Of a stretch of 64,000 bases of DNA, positions 27,056 through 40,149 are shown piece after piece. The DNA comes from Lama glama. Its lineage: Eukaryota. Numbering within the stretch: the stretch's first letter is position 1; every line of letters begins with the position of its first letter. The translations under genes were made by a program, and so were the position numbers. The stretch is taken from contig CM052818.1 in assembly GCA_028534125.1 (NCBI GenBank), positions 11,658,001 through 11,722,000 of the forward strand, read 5' to 3'. The notes under the pieces are model-generated. The model saw only the letters and a list, made by a program, of their open reading frames with translations, was not told where the DNA came from and made no database searches.

Positions 27056-27744
27056 CTTTTGAGAGATGAGACAATGTGAATTGAAAGGTTAGTGAGAAGC
27101 TAAGATTTATAATGTTAAAGTATCAAAAAAAGTATATATTATAGCAGTGACAATATAATCACTGGACAACAACTTCATTTTCCTAATCTTTTTCTGATTA
27201 TAAATATAATATACTCAAAATGTAAAAAAATGTGGTCAACACAGAATAGTATAAGGAAGAAAGCAAGAAGCATGTATAATACTAGCAATGGCTACATAAT
27301 TTAAAATCTGAGTCATTTATTTTAGAATGAGGAGAATCCTAATTAGCATCAACCATTTAAGTGCTTTTCTAGTATTTTATCACAAGATTAGAAGGTTAGT
27401 GGAAGGCACAATTTTTTGGTTTATGATCAGCATCCTTTTTTCATAATAGAAGGAGTTTGTGCAGTAGAACGGGAAGTTTTTTATGAAACGTTTATTCATA
27501 TATATGATACATTAGGTATAGGGTCTTGATGTAAAACGAATTTCTAAGTGTGGGTCACAAACAAACACTGAAAATAACTGCTAAAAGCCTTCGATTGTCA
27601 TGATTTTAGTAGATGTAATTGAAAAGGGGGAAGGAATTGGTATGGAGTTCTAAAAAATAATGAGACATATTTCACAATAAACTTAATCTTGGTAAGGAAT
27701 ATCTTTAAAATAGTACATTATTATGATACTGATGGAGATACCAG

Positions 27745-28070
27745 TTGCTTTTATCTGGTCTCATTCACATACACTGGATGCCATTGAGCAAAGACAGACA
27801 CTGCCATCAACCTTATGGAGCTCACAACTAGGTATTAATCAAATAACCAAGCAAATACTTGTACAATTTCAGCTGTACAATTTACCACGGTGCTCAGAGA
27901 GTCCATAACAAGGGACTGTAATCTCATTTAATCTGAAGGCTGCCCTAAAAAGGTAGCACCACTGCATTTTGAAGGGTAAGTATAAGGTGAAGAGGTAGGA
28001 GAACTAGACAGATAGGACAACATATGCAAATACCTGGTCACCAGAAGGGCCTCAGGGAGTACAAAGAGCA
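27745..28070 (-). mobile_element. L2 fragment
   Basis: 'gagcaaagacagaca...ccttatggagctcaca', 'gaaggctgccct', 'tgaagggtaagta', 'caacatatgcaaa'. Confidence 0.55.
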
Positions 28071-29096
28071 AATAGTTACCCACTCTAGACCTGCTCACAA
28101 AGAGATTATCCCAGGTGCTCTATGACCTGGGTATAGCATACATGTAGGTCCAGTGAGAAGAGACATTATCTCTCCTTTATGATGTCAAAGGAAAAAAGCT
28201 CCAAAAAGTTTAGGAGGTTCTCTGCTTGAAATATAAACATGGGTGGGTTAAATGATCTTTTATGTAGCTTTCCAATTCTGCTTTTGATTTTGTTTTTGTG
28301 TTTTAAGTTGTGTTGATAGTTCACTTGCAGATCAGACAGCTGCTGAAAAGGCATAAAATGTAAGTGGAGATCTTGAGGGTCAATGCTTGTCTCTATGTAC
28401 AAGAATTCACTTGTATCCCTGGTAATAATTTCTCCATAGAACTCCAGTGCATGCCTCATAATAATAACAGCCCATTAATGTTTCTAATTAGGGGAAAAGA
28501 AATAGGAACCTTTTAAAAATGTCTTCCATATACTGAAAAGACACACAAATACAGACTGATCAGCTATAATTCTGAATCCTAAAAACTGTAGGGTAGAGGC
28601 ATATTTTGGATTGTTGGTTTCTTCTACTCTAAAATCACTTGGCAGCTTGCGAGGTATTTAGCATTAGGAAGCTTTAATTTAAAGAATGCCAAGGTTTCCC
28701 AAAAAAACAGATTTAATTTAGGCAGATAGTTCTGGAAAGCCCGGTCTCTTGAAGTATAAATGTATAATGGAGTAGAAAAATAAATGAAAAGAAAATTAGG
28801 ATAGGTGAAGAGAAGGAGTGGGGAAAGAAGTTTATTCGTTTACTCATTCACAAAATGAAATATATAACACACATTTCATCATTAGAACTATGTAATAACA
28901 CTTTCTCAGAGCCATTTTAGAAGGCAATTCTCGCTCCAAAGTTGTCTACCAAAAATAATTTGTCTTTAAAGCATTGTTTCACATTTGGTCTGCAAATTCA
29001 TTTATTCATACATTCATTTAGCTAACACTGAATAGACACATATATACTTATGATTTAAAATATTTACTGAGTTATCTAGATAAGAAAAAAAAAAAC

Positions 29097-29645
29097 TCTC
29101 CAATCCATTTCCTACATGGCAACAGGAATGATTTTGTAAATCTCATTGTGACATTCCCTGCTTCCCATGGTATTCCTCTGCACTTGAGATAAAAATCTAA
29201 ATCCTTCCCACGGCTTTTTACAAAGTTCCACAAAGTCTGGGTCTTGCCTGTTTTCCAGTCTCATCTCACCAGCCCGCAATTACTATGCTCTGGTCACAGT
29301 GGCCAGCTCTCATCACTCATTTAGGGTTGAAATCAAAGTCATTTCCTCACAGAGAATAGAATTTTCTCCACTCTTCACTTGTACAGTATCTCTTCATTCT
29401 TAGTTCTCCACATAGATGATCCAATAGAAACACCAATGGAAATTATGCTCCTCCCATGAAAACACCCTTCACTTTTTCTTGATAATATTTATCATAACTT
29501 ATAATCATGCATATTTTTGAATGAATCTTTTTAAAAAATGATTGGCTTCCTCCACTAGAGAGTAGGCCCCAGAGGGCAAAAATCTGTCTGGGTTGTTCAC
29601 TACTGTATTTCTAGAGCTTGGCTCAATAAACATCTATGGAATGCC
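29097..29645 (+). mobile_element. L2 fragment including the 3' end
   Basis: 'caatccatttcctaca', 'aaaatctaaatcctt', 'ccactagagagtagg...tgttcactactgtatttctag...gctcaataaacat'. Confidence 0.7.
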
Positions 29646-29647
29646 TT

Positions 29648-29745
29648 TGTTTCAATCCTAGATTCACCACTAATCGTTTAGCCTGACACAAGTCACTTAA
29701 CCTTTCTGAAATCAATTTTATCATCTAAAAATAACTATAGTACTC
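29648..29745 (+). mobile_element. MIR fragment
   Basis: 'gtttcaatcctagattcaccactaa...caagtcacttaacctttctgaaatcaattttatcatctaaaa'. Confidence 0.55.
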
Positions 29746-30479
29746 CTTTCCTTTTGTATTATACTTAGATTTCTTAAAAATACCATTACCTAGACCAGAG
29801 TAAGGCTTGGTAAATGAATAAACTTCTCCCCACCCCCCCGCCCCCTTGTTTCACCTCCATGCACATCTAAAAATGTTTCAACACTCCATCCAAAATAAAG
29901 CAATGATTCACACGTCTGGCATTTACCAGCCACTAGTTTACTTTTCCCTTCCTACTCCCCAATTAAGAGAAAGCTCATTTTGAGGTTTAATGGAGAGTGT
30001 CGCAGGTTCATCAGAGTTCAATTCAGCAGTCTGGAGTGAATCTGTAATAATCCATGACCACAGACCAGTTTGTATTTTTCCACTAATAAAATTCAAGAAT
30101 GGCTATGTTTAAATGGAATTTTGCAGGTCATTAATCCATTCTAAGGACTGACTCTTTTGGCTATTTAATTGGGAAACAGTGGTGGTAGAAGCAGATAAAG
30201 AATCTGGATTTGCCTAAAAGATAAGGTGGTAGGCTGTTTATATTTTATTAATTTATACTTCCAGAGAATGTCTGGGTGACTTAAAGAATTCTAAAAGCTA
30301 CTGTCACTTTTCTAAATCAAACAGAATTTAGGTAAGATTTGCAATGATTCCATAAAGTGCTAAACTCTGGTGGACCAGAAAAATTCTTTCTTATTTGAAA
30401 CTGAAGAAAATAGCTTTAGAAAATTGTCCTTTCTTGTTCTCAACTGACCACAGTCCTCTATTTTGCTGCCTCAGAAAGA

Positions 30480-30700
30480 TTCATTCCTCTTGTAAGTGAT
30501 TGATGGAAACACAGTCAAGTGCCACAGTTCTGACCAATGAAAGACAAAGGAATGTCTGAAGTAGGGGGTGGGGCGGGGTGGAGTCTAGGAGAGGACTTTC
30601 TCTCTTTAAATAGTACATTAAAAAGGGACATTCCCTTTTTCTGCCTCTGGATGTTATAAACTGCAAGATGTCTGGTATACGGCAGCTTTTGGGAATGGAA
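30480..30700 (+). mobile_element. MLT1-type MaLR LTR fragment
   Basis: 'cacagttctgaccaatga...ggaatgtctg...gagtctaggagaggactttct...tctgcctctggatgtt'. Confidence 0.5.
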
Positions 30701-31014
30701 GCTCAGGGTATGTGGGATAAAAAATATTATCTGTATTTAACAGAAAAAAAAATGGAGGTGTACAAATACAGAAGGACTGGACAGAGTCCAATCTTGATCA
30801 TGACACAGATGCCTCAGTTGTTGTGAATTATCTGATAATTCTCCACTCCCCCTCCCTTTCTCCCCCCCATATTCCAACCAGTCCTGGAAGCTTTAATCTT
30901 GGCAAATGCAAATGCCTATGCCAATGCCCAACACTCCCCACACACCATATTTTAAAATTTAAGTTCTAAAGTACCAACTGAAAGAAAGATGGCCATTTAC
31001 TAATCTCAAAGGGG

Positions 31015-31240
31015 GATAGATGGATGGATAGATGACAGATAGCTAGATAGATAGATCTCACATGTGCACTCATTTAACATATATTGACTGTGTAATTTAA
31101 CATATTTAACACATAACACATTTAACACATAAACACACTTAATATATATATTTAACATAATTTATATATGTATGTTTTACACATACATTTTACTTGTGTA
31201 GTATGTGTATGTGTATCTCTATATAGAGAAAAAGAGACAG
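31015..31240. repeat. Degenerate (GATA)n plus AT-rich low-complexity (TTTAACAC/AT) tract
   Basis: 'gatagatggatggatagatgacagatagctagatagataga' followed by repeated 'tttaaca(c/t)at'. Confidence 0.8.
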
Positions 31241-33147
31241 AGAGAAAATAGTTGATGGCTTATGGAAATCCAAAACAAGACTGGGAACAACCCTCAATCC
31301 CCAGAAATTCATAGACTGAGTGTTTATGTGAATGACCAGCCTCGTTCTTTTGCCAGCATATTGACATGAAAGCAACATCAGTGAGGTCAGTGAGCAGTTT
31401 CATCTCTGCAGAGATTTTAAAGACTAACTGCCATTCCTCCCCTTTATTTATCTATCTTCTTTGAAATTGTAATGACTGGACCTAAAGACTGTCACCCACA
31501 GTAAATACATAGCTAGAAACTCTGTCAATAATTAGGATAATAAGAAACCATCATATTCCTACAAGAAAAGAAAACAAGTGATCACCCCTAGAAATGTTTG
31601 GTTGGAGTGTAAAGCAGATGCACATGAAGTTAAACACAAACCTGTCTTCGCTCACAGAGTCACCCCAGAGTCACCTGCCTCCTGTCTCCACGTTTGCCAT
31701 GTAGCCCAGAGGCACTTCAACCACACCTTCAAAAGCTGAAGTCTGGAGTGCATGTTTGATTCAGCTTTTCTACTTTTGTTGAGAAACTTGACATCTCGAC
31801 TCTTTCTAGGTGTAACATTCCTGTCCCTCCACACTTAGTATTACACCTCATACCAAGCCTAAGACAGGAGCGGCCCCCTCTCCTGATCTGGTACTTGCAG
31901 GAGAGCAAGGAGCGGGATTTAGAAAATCAAGAATTTGGCATGAAAGTAGCTGGTTTTTTCCTTTAAAAAATTTTAATTGTAGGTACTTCTCATTAATTCA
32001 TAAATTACATGCTTCCCCTCCCATCTCTAAATCATTAAGCCCCAGCCAATGTTTGAAAGATCTTATCTCTAAAAGTAAAATAAACTTTCATTTTTGTTTG
32101 CTGGTATATTCCTTCTCGACCCCTCTCTTCATTTTTTCCTACTCCGATCTATGAGCCAGGAAGAAGTATATGCTAAATTTTAATGTTTAACAAACATCAT
32201 GGCATACTGCAGACCTTATAAATGACAGCAGTAGGTCTTCAGAATTAGCAAGTAGACCTATAATTTATTTTTGTTTTAGTAGCATCTTATTTTTAAATTC
32301 AGAAAACATGTTTGAATAGGTAGTCTTTTTTTGGGCATCAAAACATTAACAATAAGAAATATATATTGTCTACTATAGGAAAGATATTAAAATAGAATGT
32401 TCAGACATGTAAGACTATAATATTGCCAAAATATGTCACTAAACCCAGGATCATATAAGTGCAATATGCTACTTCAAGAAAAATACGGATTTAAAAATCA
32501 CAGCTTATAAGACTCTATTTTAAGATGACATAATAGAGGATATATTAGTCAATGTTTCCACAAACGTATCAACCCATTGCATAATTGCAATCATATTTAA
32601 TCATGATAGCAAAGTACAGGGAGTAACATAATCTCCTTTCTATTTGGACAACTCATCTCACACTAGAATTAGCCTGAAAGTAAATTCCTTGAGGGTTGCT
32701 TGTCTGATAATACCTGACCATTAAATATAAATTAAATTTTTTAAAACTCCTGAGTTTGAACAGAAATGTGGCTTTCTAAAATACATATAATTTTTTAATG
32801 CAGTCACTCAGTGTTTGTTTAATGTTTGATTCACTCAATAGTAATTCCCCCCTTAAGCATTTGTGAAGTAGTTTGTGGACATGCTTGCAGTAGTACACTT
32901 GTGTGCAAAAATCAAACATAAAAACTGATCACATGCTCACAGCTGGAAACCGTGTCAGGCTTTATTCAGGAAGGTATCAGGCATTATCATTTAGCGCTCC
33001 CACAGCGGGAGGAAAACTGGTGGCACAGAGGAGAACGATCACATCAGACACACTCCAGGGGTTTCCTTTCCCTACATTGTTCCTCTCCCAAATGTAACTC
33101 TTTAAATTTTAAATAGGAAAAGAACACACAGAATCATTGCTCAGAAC

Positions 33148-33176
<29 letters not shown>
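33148..33176. repeat. Poly(A)29 tract
   Basis: Seen directly. Confidence 0.95.
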
Positions 33177-33178
<2 letters not shown>

Positions 33179-34924
33179 TCGGGGGAATAGATAACGGAGG
33201 AAGAAGGTAGTGGCAAAACAAGAAGGAAAACATTTCTCATTAAATAAAGTGAATACTAGAAAAGTTCAACATACACTTTCACATGCCCTTAAGACCTAAA
33301 GAAGCACACATATCAAAGAGATTTTGAAGATTTACTTTAGTTTAGACAGAGCAGTGTTTTCCTGTGCCCTGTTTTACTGTTGTTGATCATGAATAAGTTA
33401 CTCCTTAGTAATCAAACGCAAATATATTCAGGAATAGCTAATTGGTGAGGTGTTGTCTTGTAAACCCACACTTAATGGATACAATATATATTTTGTATAC
33501 ATTAAGATAATTGAAAGAGTTGGAGACACCTAAACTGGAGCATATTTTATTTCTCCTTTTCCAGAGAAGACATCATCTTTGAACCCTGTTATCTAATTTT
33601 CTTTCCTCACAGAAAATTATAATTTAGGAATTAATTTTAACCTCTGAAAATCCAAATTTTCACATTAGTCCTTGTTTAATATGTTAAGGCCATCATTATT
33701 TTAGGGGGAAAAAATTACAGTACTAGGTTTATTTTTCCAGAAAAGCAAAATTCAGGAGAGGCTTAGTTTCAGCAGTCAGAGAAACTTCGAAAGAAATGAT
33801 TGCTGTTTCATGTCAATAGCAGTCCATGCCAATGCCTTCAATAGCAGTGTAACCAGCTCCTAAAGGGCCACAGATAGATGGTCCATTCAGGGTCTCTCCT
33901 TCAATGTACCTTCTGTACCTGCTGCTCCTGAATATCTCTTGACATTGCAGGCACTCTGGATACTTTGTAGTGTGGCCTCAAGAGTGGCCCTTTGAGCCCC
34001 AGCCACTAGGCTATCTACCTTGCTTCGGGAATAGTTTGAGAAAGAAAGCTTTACCAGCGTGTAATAGCTAAGTAAGGGTAGAAAAAAGAGTTTGTTCCAT
34101 CCACCAATCCTTTTGTAAATCCCCCAGGATTAGCAACGAATCATTCTCATCCCTAAATTTCATCCTGAAATATTATGGCAAAATTCCAAAGGGTCCTTCT
34201 TGTGACTGTGTCACAAATACAGAAACTAAGCCATAAACAGATTCATTACACATTCAGCCTAAAGTAAATCTTAAATAAAATCTAGATGTGACCTCTAGCC
34301 TTCTGGCTGCAAAGCTGTGCTTTCCATCAGCTTCTGTTATGAGTATATAGACACGTGTGCATGTATAGCACAGACACATGTGAATATATGTAGGATCTAC
34401 ACGTGTGAATACACACATACATACACACACACATATATACACACATCCTCTTAAACATCCAGTTTTTTTTCTAAAAGGAGAAAAATATAATAGATCCTTA
34501 GAGCAAAATAAGAAGAAACAAACTGAATATGTGCGTTTTCTTTTTAAACAGGGAATCAGATCAGCCTAACAAGATGTTTCCCTGAAATATTGGCCTCAAA
34601 TGAGTCCATTCAGCCATGGCAAGGAGAGGTTTCCAGCCAAAACATTTAATTAGTGCCCAATTAAGACAGCCAGAATGATGTGAAGTCCAGGCTCCGGCCG
34701 CGTGCGCGCCTCAGGATGGGTAAGCAGCTTAAGTGAGTCTAGTCTGACTAAAAGCTGTCAACTGTCAAACTGTCAGTGGGCCATATGGGTCAGGCAGCAT
34801 TTCTCTGAAGAATTCGGCTTGTCCACTCATCAGGGGAAAAACATCTCCAACACCGTTGGGTTGACAAATACCCAGCAGCCCCTCAAAGTGGGAAGGAATT
34901 GAAGTTACGGTCAGATTAGAGGAA

Positions 34925-35490
34925 GAGCCATGTCATGTCCCCATCTAAACTTTCCTGGCACCTCATCAGCTACAGAAAAAGGTCCAAACTCCTTCACATG
35001 GCAGGCAACACCCCTGCCTAATTATCTGGCCTCATATCTCATCCTTCCCTCTCCCTGCTTTATCCTCAAGCAACGCTGAATGGCTTGCCACCCACTCCAT
35101 GTGCACATGCACTTTCCGACTCCAAAGCCTTGCAAACACTGTACCCTCTGCCGACAACACCATTCCCTCCTCCCCCTCCACCTCAACTCATTCCTCTCTT
35201 TCACTCATTTGTCTGTGTCTATTAAGGTAGGAGTAAGTGGCCACAAGAAGCCTTTCCCACCCATCCCCAACACCACCAACCTCAGGCAGGGGAACAGCTG
35301 CCTCTCCCAAGCTCTCATGAGCTCTGGGTGTCAAGCATCCATCCTAACACATATGAACCTCATCACCTCTGTACAAGCCCACTTTCCCCTCTTGACTGTA
35401 CACAACCTGATGGCAAGAGTGCTTCTTTTGTCTTCATAATGCCAGCACCAAGGACAATGAATGCTCTTAATAATTGTTATTGATAAGAAT
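34925..35490 (+). mobile_element. L2 fragment
   Basis: 'aaaggtccaaactccttcacatggc', 'tctggcctc', 'aagaagcctttcc', 'gccagcacc...atgctcttaataattgtt'. Confidence 0.7.
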
Positions 35491-36044
35491 CAACAAATTA
35501 ATTATGCAACAATCAAGTTAAAACCACCTTTACTCCATGTTTATTTCCTTCTTTTGTTTCAAAATGTCCCTTTTAGGCAAGCAAATATCACCATGCAGTT
35601 GGATTGATTTGCCCATGTAGACACAGAAAGTCAACACACAAGTGAGTCACTGCAAACCTATTGCTTACTCTGAGCTGAGATCAGTGAGTACATCCTTCCA
35701 AGAGAGTATGCACAGGACAGAAGGGCCTGGAATTAAAATTGATTAAGGTTTTTAAATGAATGTTATCAAATGGAGGAGTGTACTGGCAATCAAAGTCAAA
35801 TTTCTTTAAAATACATTATTTTAATTTAGGTATTTTATCATAACCAGGAATCAAATAGGATGTGGAAGATCCTGGAGCAGTGGGGAAAATCTTGGTTTCT
35901 GGAAACACCTTCGTCCCCTTCTAGCCTCTTCCTCACCAGAAATGTTTTTATGAGAACACTAGAAAGAAGAAACTGTCAAAGGCAAACCTGAAAAGGAGAC
36001 AAGACAGGAAGAGGTGCCACCAGAGTTCAGCTACAGTTTGAGGG

Positions 36045-36046
<2 letters not shown>

Positions 36047-36090
<44 letters not shown>
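36047..36090. repeat. (GT)22 microsatellite
   Basis: Perfect GT run seen directly. Confidence 0.98.
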
Positions 36091-36091
<1 letters not shown>

Positions 36092-39039
36092 GGGTACTGA
36101 GGTATAAATTCCTCAGAAACTATTCAGTGAATATTGGACATTGGGATCTTTTCATTCATCTGTCCACTACCTCCTTCAGTAAATCTGCTGCATTAACTCT
36201 CTCCAATGCAGGCTTATCTCTTCCCCTAAAAGCCTCTGGAATCAAACAGTGCTGCCCCTAACAGTCCCATAAGGAAATGTATCATTGTTTTGTTTTCTTT
36301 CAAAGAATTAGTCTATATCTTTACAGTAACTATGTTAAAGATAGAACAAAGATTAGACATATTAACTCAATTTCAAATGTCACATAATAATGAAATACCA
36401 CCGAAAATGAAAAAAAAATCTTTGATTAAAAAACATGCATTAGAAAACAATAAACATTCTCAAACTTAGTACTTCCTATGCTCAAAACAAAGGTAGAACC
36501 TGTGAACCTAATCATTTGACAGAGTATCCTGAAAAACAGCACATGTTAAAGATGTGATTTTGCAAATGCCAACTGTTGGTCACACCTTCCAGTACAGAAC
36601 CATCAGGCTGTAATTATTACCAAAAGAAGTATAAACACATTATTTTAATATACTGATGAACCACTATGGAAACACACTCATGCACAAACTTGGACAACTG
36701 CTTTCACTGACTATAAGGAAAGGATCCTGAACTCTGCATTGAGTAACTGCACTGAGATCTGTGAAAGGTCACATGATTCTCCTAGGAGTGGGGTCTGTTG
36801 TATCGATAAGACATTGGTGGAAAGAGTCTTACCCTGGGAAAAGGCAAAAAAAGGACTTTCTACCTAATGTATCATGTGTCTCATCCCCAAAAAGTAATTT
36901 TTCCTTCATTCCAAAGGAGAAAAGCTTGTCTTGCTTCCACCTTCAAAAAAGAACACACGTCTGTCAAGAGGGCACAGAATCATGAAGTCCATGGGGACCC
37001 TCCAGGGCGTCCACAAACCTGCAGGAGGCAGCCTTTCACCAAGCGGCAGTGGGACTGAGCTAGCAGCTGCATTCCCTCCATACTAATGCCAACCACACCA
37101 GCCGAGAGCACCCTCTCCACTCTTCCTGCAGGAAACAACCAGAAGAGCTAAGGCTTCCTCCTGGTCTCTCTACCATCTCCAGGAAAACGTTTCTGAGCCT
37201 CTTCAAAGAAGTACTAAGAATTCTCAATGGCAAGATGGGGCTACTTCATCCTTTGTTGCCTGCCTCTTTGCTTCTTTTTTTTGTGAGGGGTTGTTTCCCC
37301 TTCTTGGAAGAAGGCTATTTAGAAAGACCCAAAAGGAGCAGAGAAACTGTTAGCCTAAGAAAGTATAAGTCAGCCAACAAGAGATGGTGACAATTCGTGA
37401 GAGAGAGAGAGACCTCTGACGGCTCATCTTGAAAGATGCAGATAACATGCAGAACCTAAGGGCCCAAGGGCCTCTTCTGCTATCCAGTTAGCAGTCTCCA
37501 GATAGAAAACCAAAAAAATACATGGACTAAGAAACAGAACTCAGGAGAGAAGCAGAAATATAAACCCAAAACAGCAAAAAGACACTAGGAAGAAAAAGAG
37601 AAAGGAAAGAGAAGGAGCCCTTTGATGTCTTATCTGGATTTGTTATATTTTTGAACATTTAATGGTAAGATTTTTTTTTTCCTCAAAATGGAAAAACTTA
37701 AGTGCCTCCCGGGCAAAACTTAGGTGTCACACTTAGAATAAGTCCCTGAAATCTCTCTTGCTCCCTCCTGCAAAGAATGTGGGAGGAGATGCAGAAAGGA
37801 GCCTCCCCTCCCTTTCCAGGGAGCATTGCTTCCTTAACTCAGAGAGAAGTGAGTCATATTGCAAGGAATCTTTAATTTGAGTAAGCTTATCTTGCAATGC
37901 ACAGCATAGATCAGAAAGGAATCATAGTATAGCTGTTGGCATAAGAAAAATGGAAGTCCTAGACATGGATATTGTAGGGGCAAGTTTCCAGATTCTTAGT
38001 ACTAAGTCTACATAGTGAGTTAATCATAATTAGGGAAAAAGCTAAGGTCATAAGTATCAAATCAACCTCTAACCCAAAGGAACCACAGTGATCACAGTCA
38101 GTGATCAGAGCAGAATTTGGAAAAACATATGGCATAAAGAAAGTGATGTCAGTCAGAATCAGACATTGAGCTGAGATTAAAAAAAAAAAAAAAAAGGTCA
38201 GATACATGGTTAGAGAAGACCCATGACTCAGATTCACAAAACTTCAAGGGCAGGACCACTACCAATAGAACAATGATATCTCCATATGTGTGGATTTTAA
38301 CTGCAAGAGTTGAAAGAACAAAACTAGCAAACTTACATAGGCAGTGTTCTAAGATTTACTTTGTTAAGACACATCATAGTATAAAAAGGTACCGAAGGCC
38401 ATAGCCTTGTGAGAGTAATAACAAGCTTTGTGCTGGTAATAACAAAGGATTATTACTGGACACTGATTGATATGTACTAACTACAGGAAATCAAGTGCTG
38501 AGCTTGCTACTGACATATAAATGTTGAATTAGGGGGAAAAAATAGCCAATTCCCTTGACTTAGATTAATGCAGATGACAGGTCTAGAAAAGCAAACTGAA
38601 TGAGAACCATCTAGGTGATAATGATCACAAGGTCCGTAGACTGTATCTAGAATGAAAGAGAAAAGGGGAAGCTGAAAATGTCTAAGGTGGTGAAACCCTG
38701 AAAATCAAGTGGCAACTGTCAAAGTAATGAAAAAATTGCAAATTGAAATTTAGCTATATCAAAATTATTCCAGGTTACCTTAAAATGACAGTACTCTTTA
38801 TAATAGTGCCAGAGACTATGCTCAATAAATATTTATATACAGGGCTAAGATATGGAAGGAAACACTATCATTAAAAAGAAAAAAAGAATTTTAACTATTT
38901 GAAGGTATTAAAATAGGTATACAAAACATAAGAGCAATGAAATTATTTAAGGTCAGTATTTCTAGTATATAAAGTTGAAGGAGGAAAGGAAGAACAAACA
39001 CTTAAATAAGTTATCAGTCAGCTAGCAAGAGATTGAGAA

Positions 39040-39170
39040 CAGCTTCTAAGATACTTGTTATGTTTAGTTTCTTGATCTAAGAATATTCAATTTGTAAAAA
39101 TTTCCTGAGAAGAACAATTATTTGTGCATTTTTCTGAATTAATGCTACATTTCAATAAAAAGTTTTCTAA
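39040..39170 (+). mobile_element. Old L1 (L1M/L1ME-type) 3' end
   Basis: 'tttcttgatct...ttcaatttgtaaaaattt...tttgtgcatttttctg...atttcaataaaagttt'. Confidence 0.5.
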
Positions 39171-39599
39171 AGAAAAAAAATTATCAGTCATAATCTATGT
39201 TCCTAAAACCTTGAGTTTATCCTCCTGGGGTATTTAAAATTGAACCTCTGGACAAAAACCAATAATGACATCCTACATTTAATTACACGTAAAAAATGTT
39301 ATGCTCTAAAAGTTTTGAGAATAACTCACAGTTGGCCCATATATTTAAAGTCTTAAAAAGCATCTTAAAAGATACTTGTTTGAATCCTAAGAAAATGGAT
39401 AGTGTTTGTAAGCAGGGAACTTGAGTCAGGAACGTGTGAACTGGATCTGCATAACTTGAGTGAAGTGATTTCAAGAGTAAATTGTTCTGCTTGGCCAAGT
39501 TTTTTGAGACCAACTCAATAACATAAAAAAGTAGCACTTCTTCTGGTCCCTGTTGACAGAGCAGGTGTCCAGTTACAAAATCAGAATTTCCATAATCAA

Positions 39600-39790
39600 G
39601 TCCCAAGTTCACCACCAGTTCCAAACTGCCACTCTTTGGGTAAAACATTTAACACCAATGAGTCTACCATTTCTATATACATGGAATGAGACAAAAGGGC
39701 TTGCTCTATTTACCTTCTTGGGTTATTTTGAGTCTTACATAAGATAATGTAAGCAGAAGTGCTCTGAAAACTGTGAAATACTGTAACACT
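39600..39790 (+). mobile_element. MIR SINE, apparently cut at its 3' end by the LTR insertion
   Basis: 'aagttcaccaccagttcc...ctttgggtaaaacatttaac...gagtctaccatttc...gggttattttgag...aagataatgtaag...aagtgctctgaaaactgtgaaatactg'. Confidence 0.65.
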
Positions 39791-39791
39791 G

Positions 39792-40128
39792 TGTTAAGTT
39801 AATTGACCATGGAGACCATTCGATGGTGGCTCTGATACCTTAGCAGCCTACGTTGGTAAACCATACCTTAGCCTGCACATGCCTCAAGGTTAAGAAATCC
39901 AAACCTAAGGACAACCATTCACAAACAGCCAACTAGCCTTTCCCAAACAAGGCAGCCTTAAGCGATAGCCAATCAAATATTCTTGCTTTGCTTCTTCCGC
40001 ATCTTCCCGGGGCTCCTGTTCAGTGGAACACTCCTCACCAATTCAGGTTTGCTGCTGCCTGAGGCAAACTGAGTTTTGCTCAAATAAATGCTTAACATTT
40101 GAAATATGCCTCAGTTTATCTTTTAACA
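39792..40128 (+). mobile_element. ERV1 (MER4-group, MER34/MER39-like) solo LTR
   Basis: TG...CA termini ('tgttaagt' ... 'ttttaaca'), CCAAT box 'agccaatca', and a 3' end 'ttttgctcaaataaa...gcctcagtttatcttttaaca' characteristic of MER4-group LTRs. Confidence 0.75.
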
Positions 40129-40149
40129 AACGTGATGACACCTCAGGAG

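Noticed and set aside
39283..39648. 121-aa minus-strand ORF
   Set aside because: Starts within a MIR, has no recognisable domain, and its length is compatible with chance.
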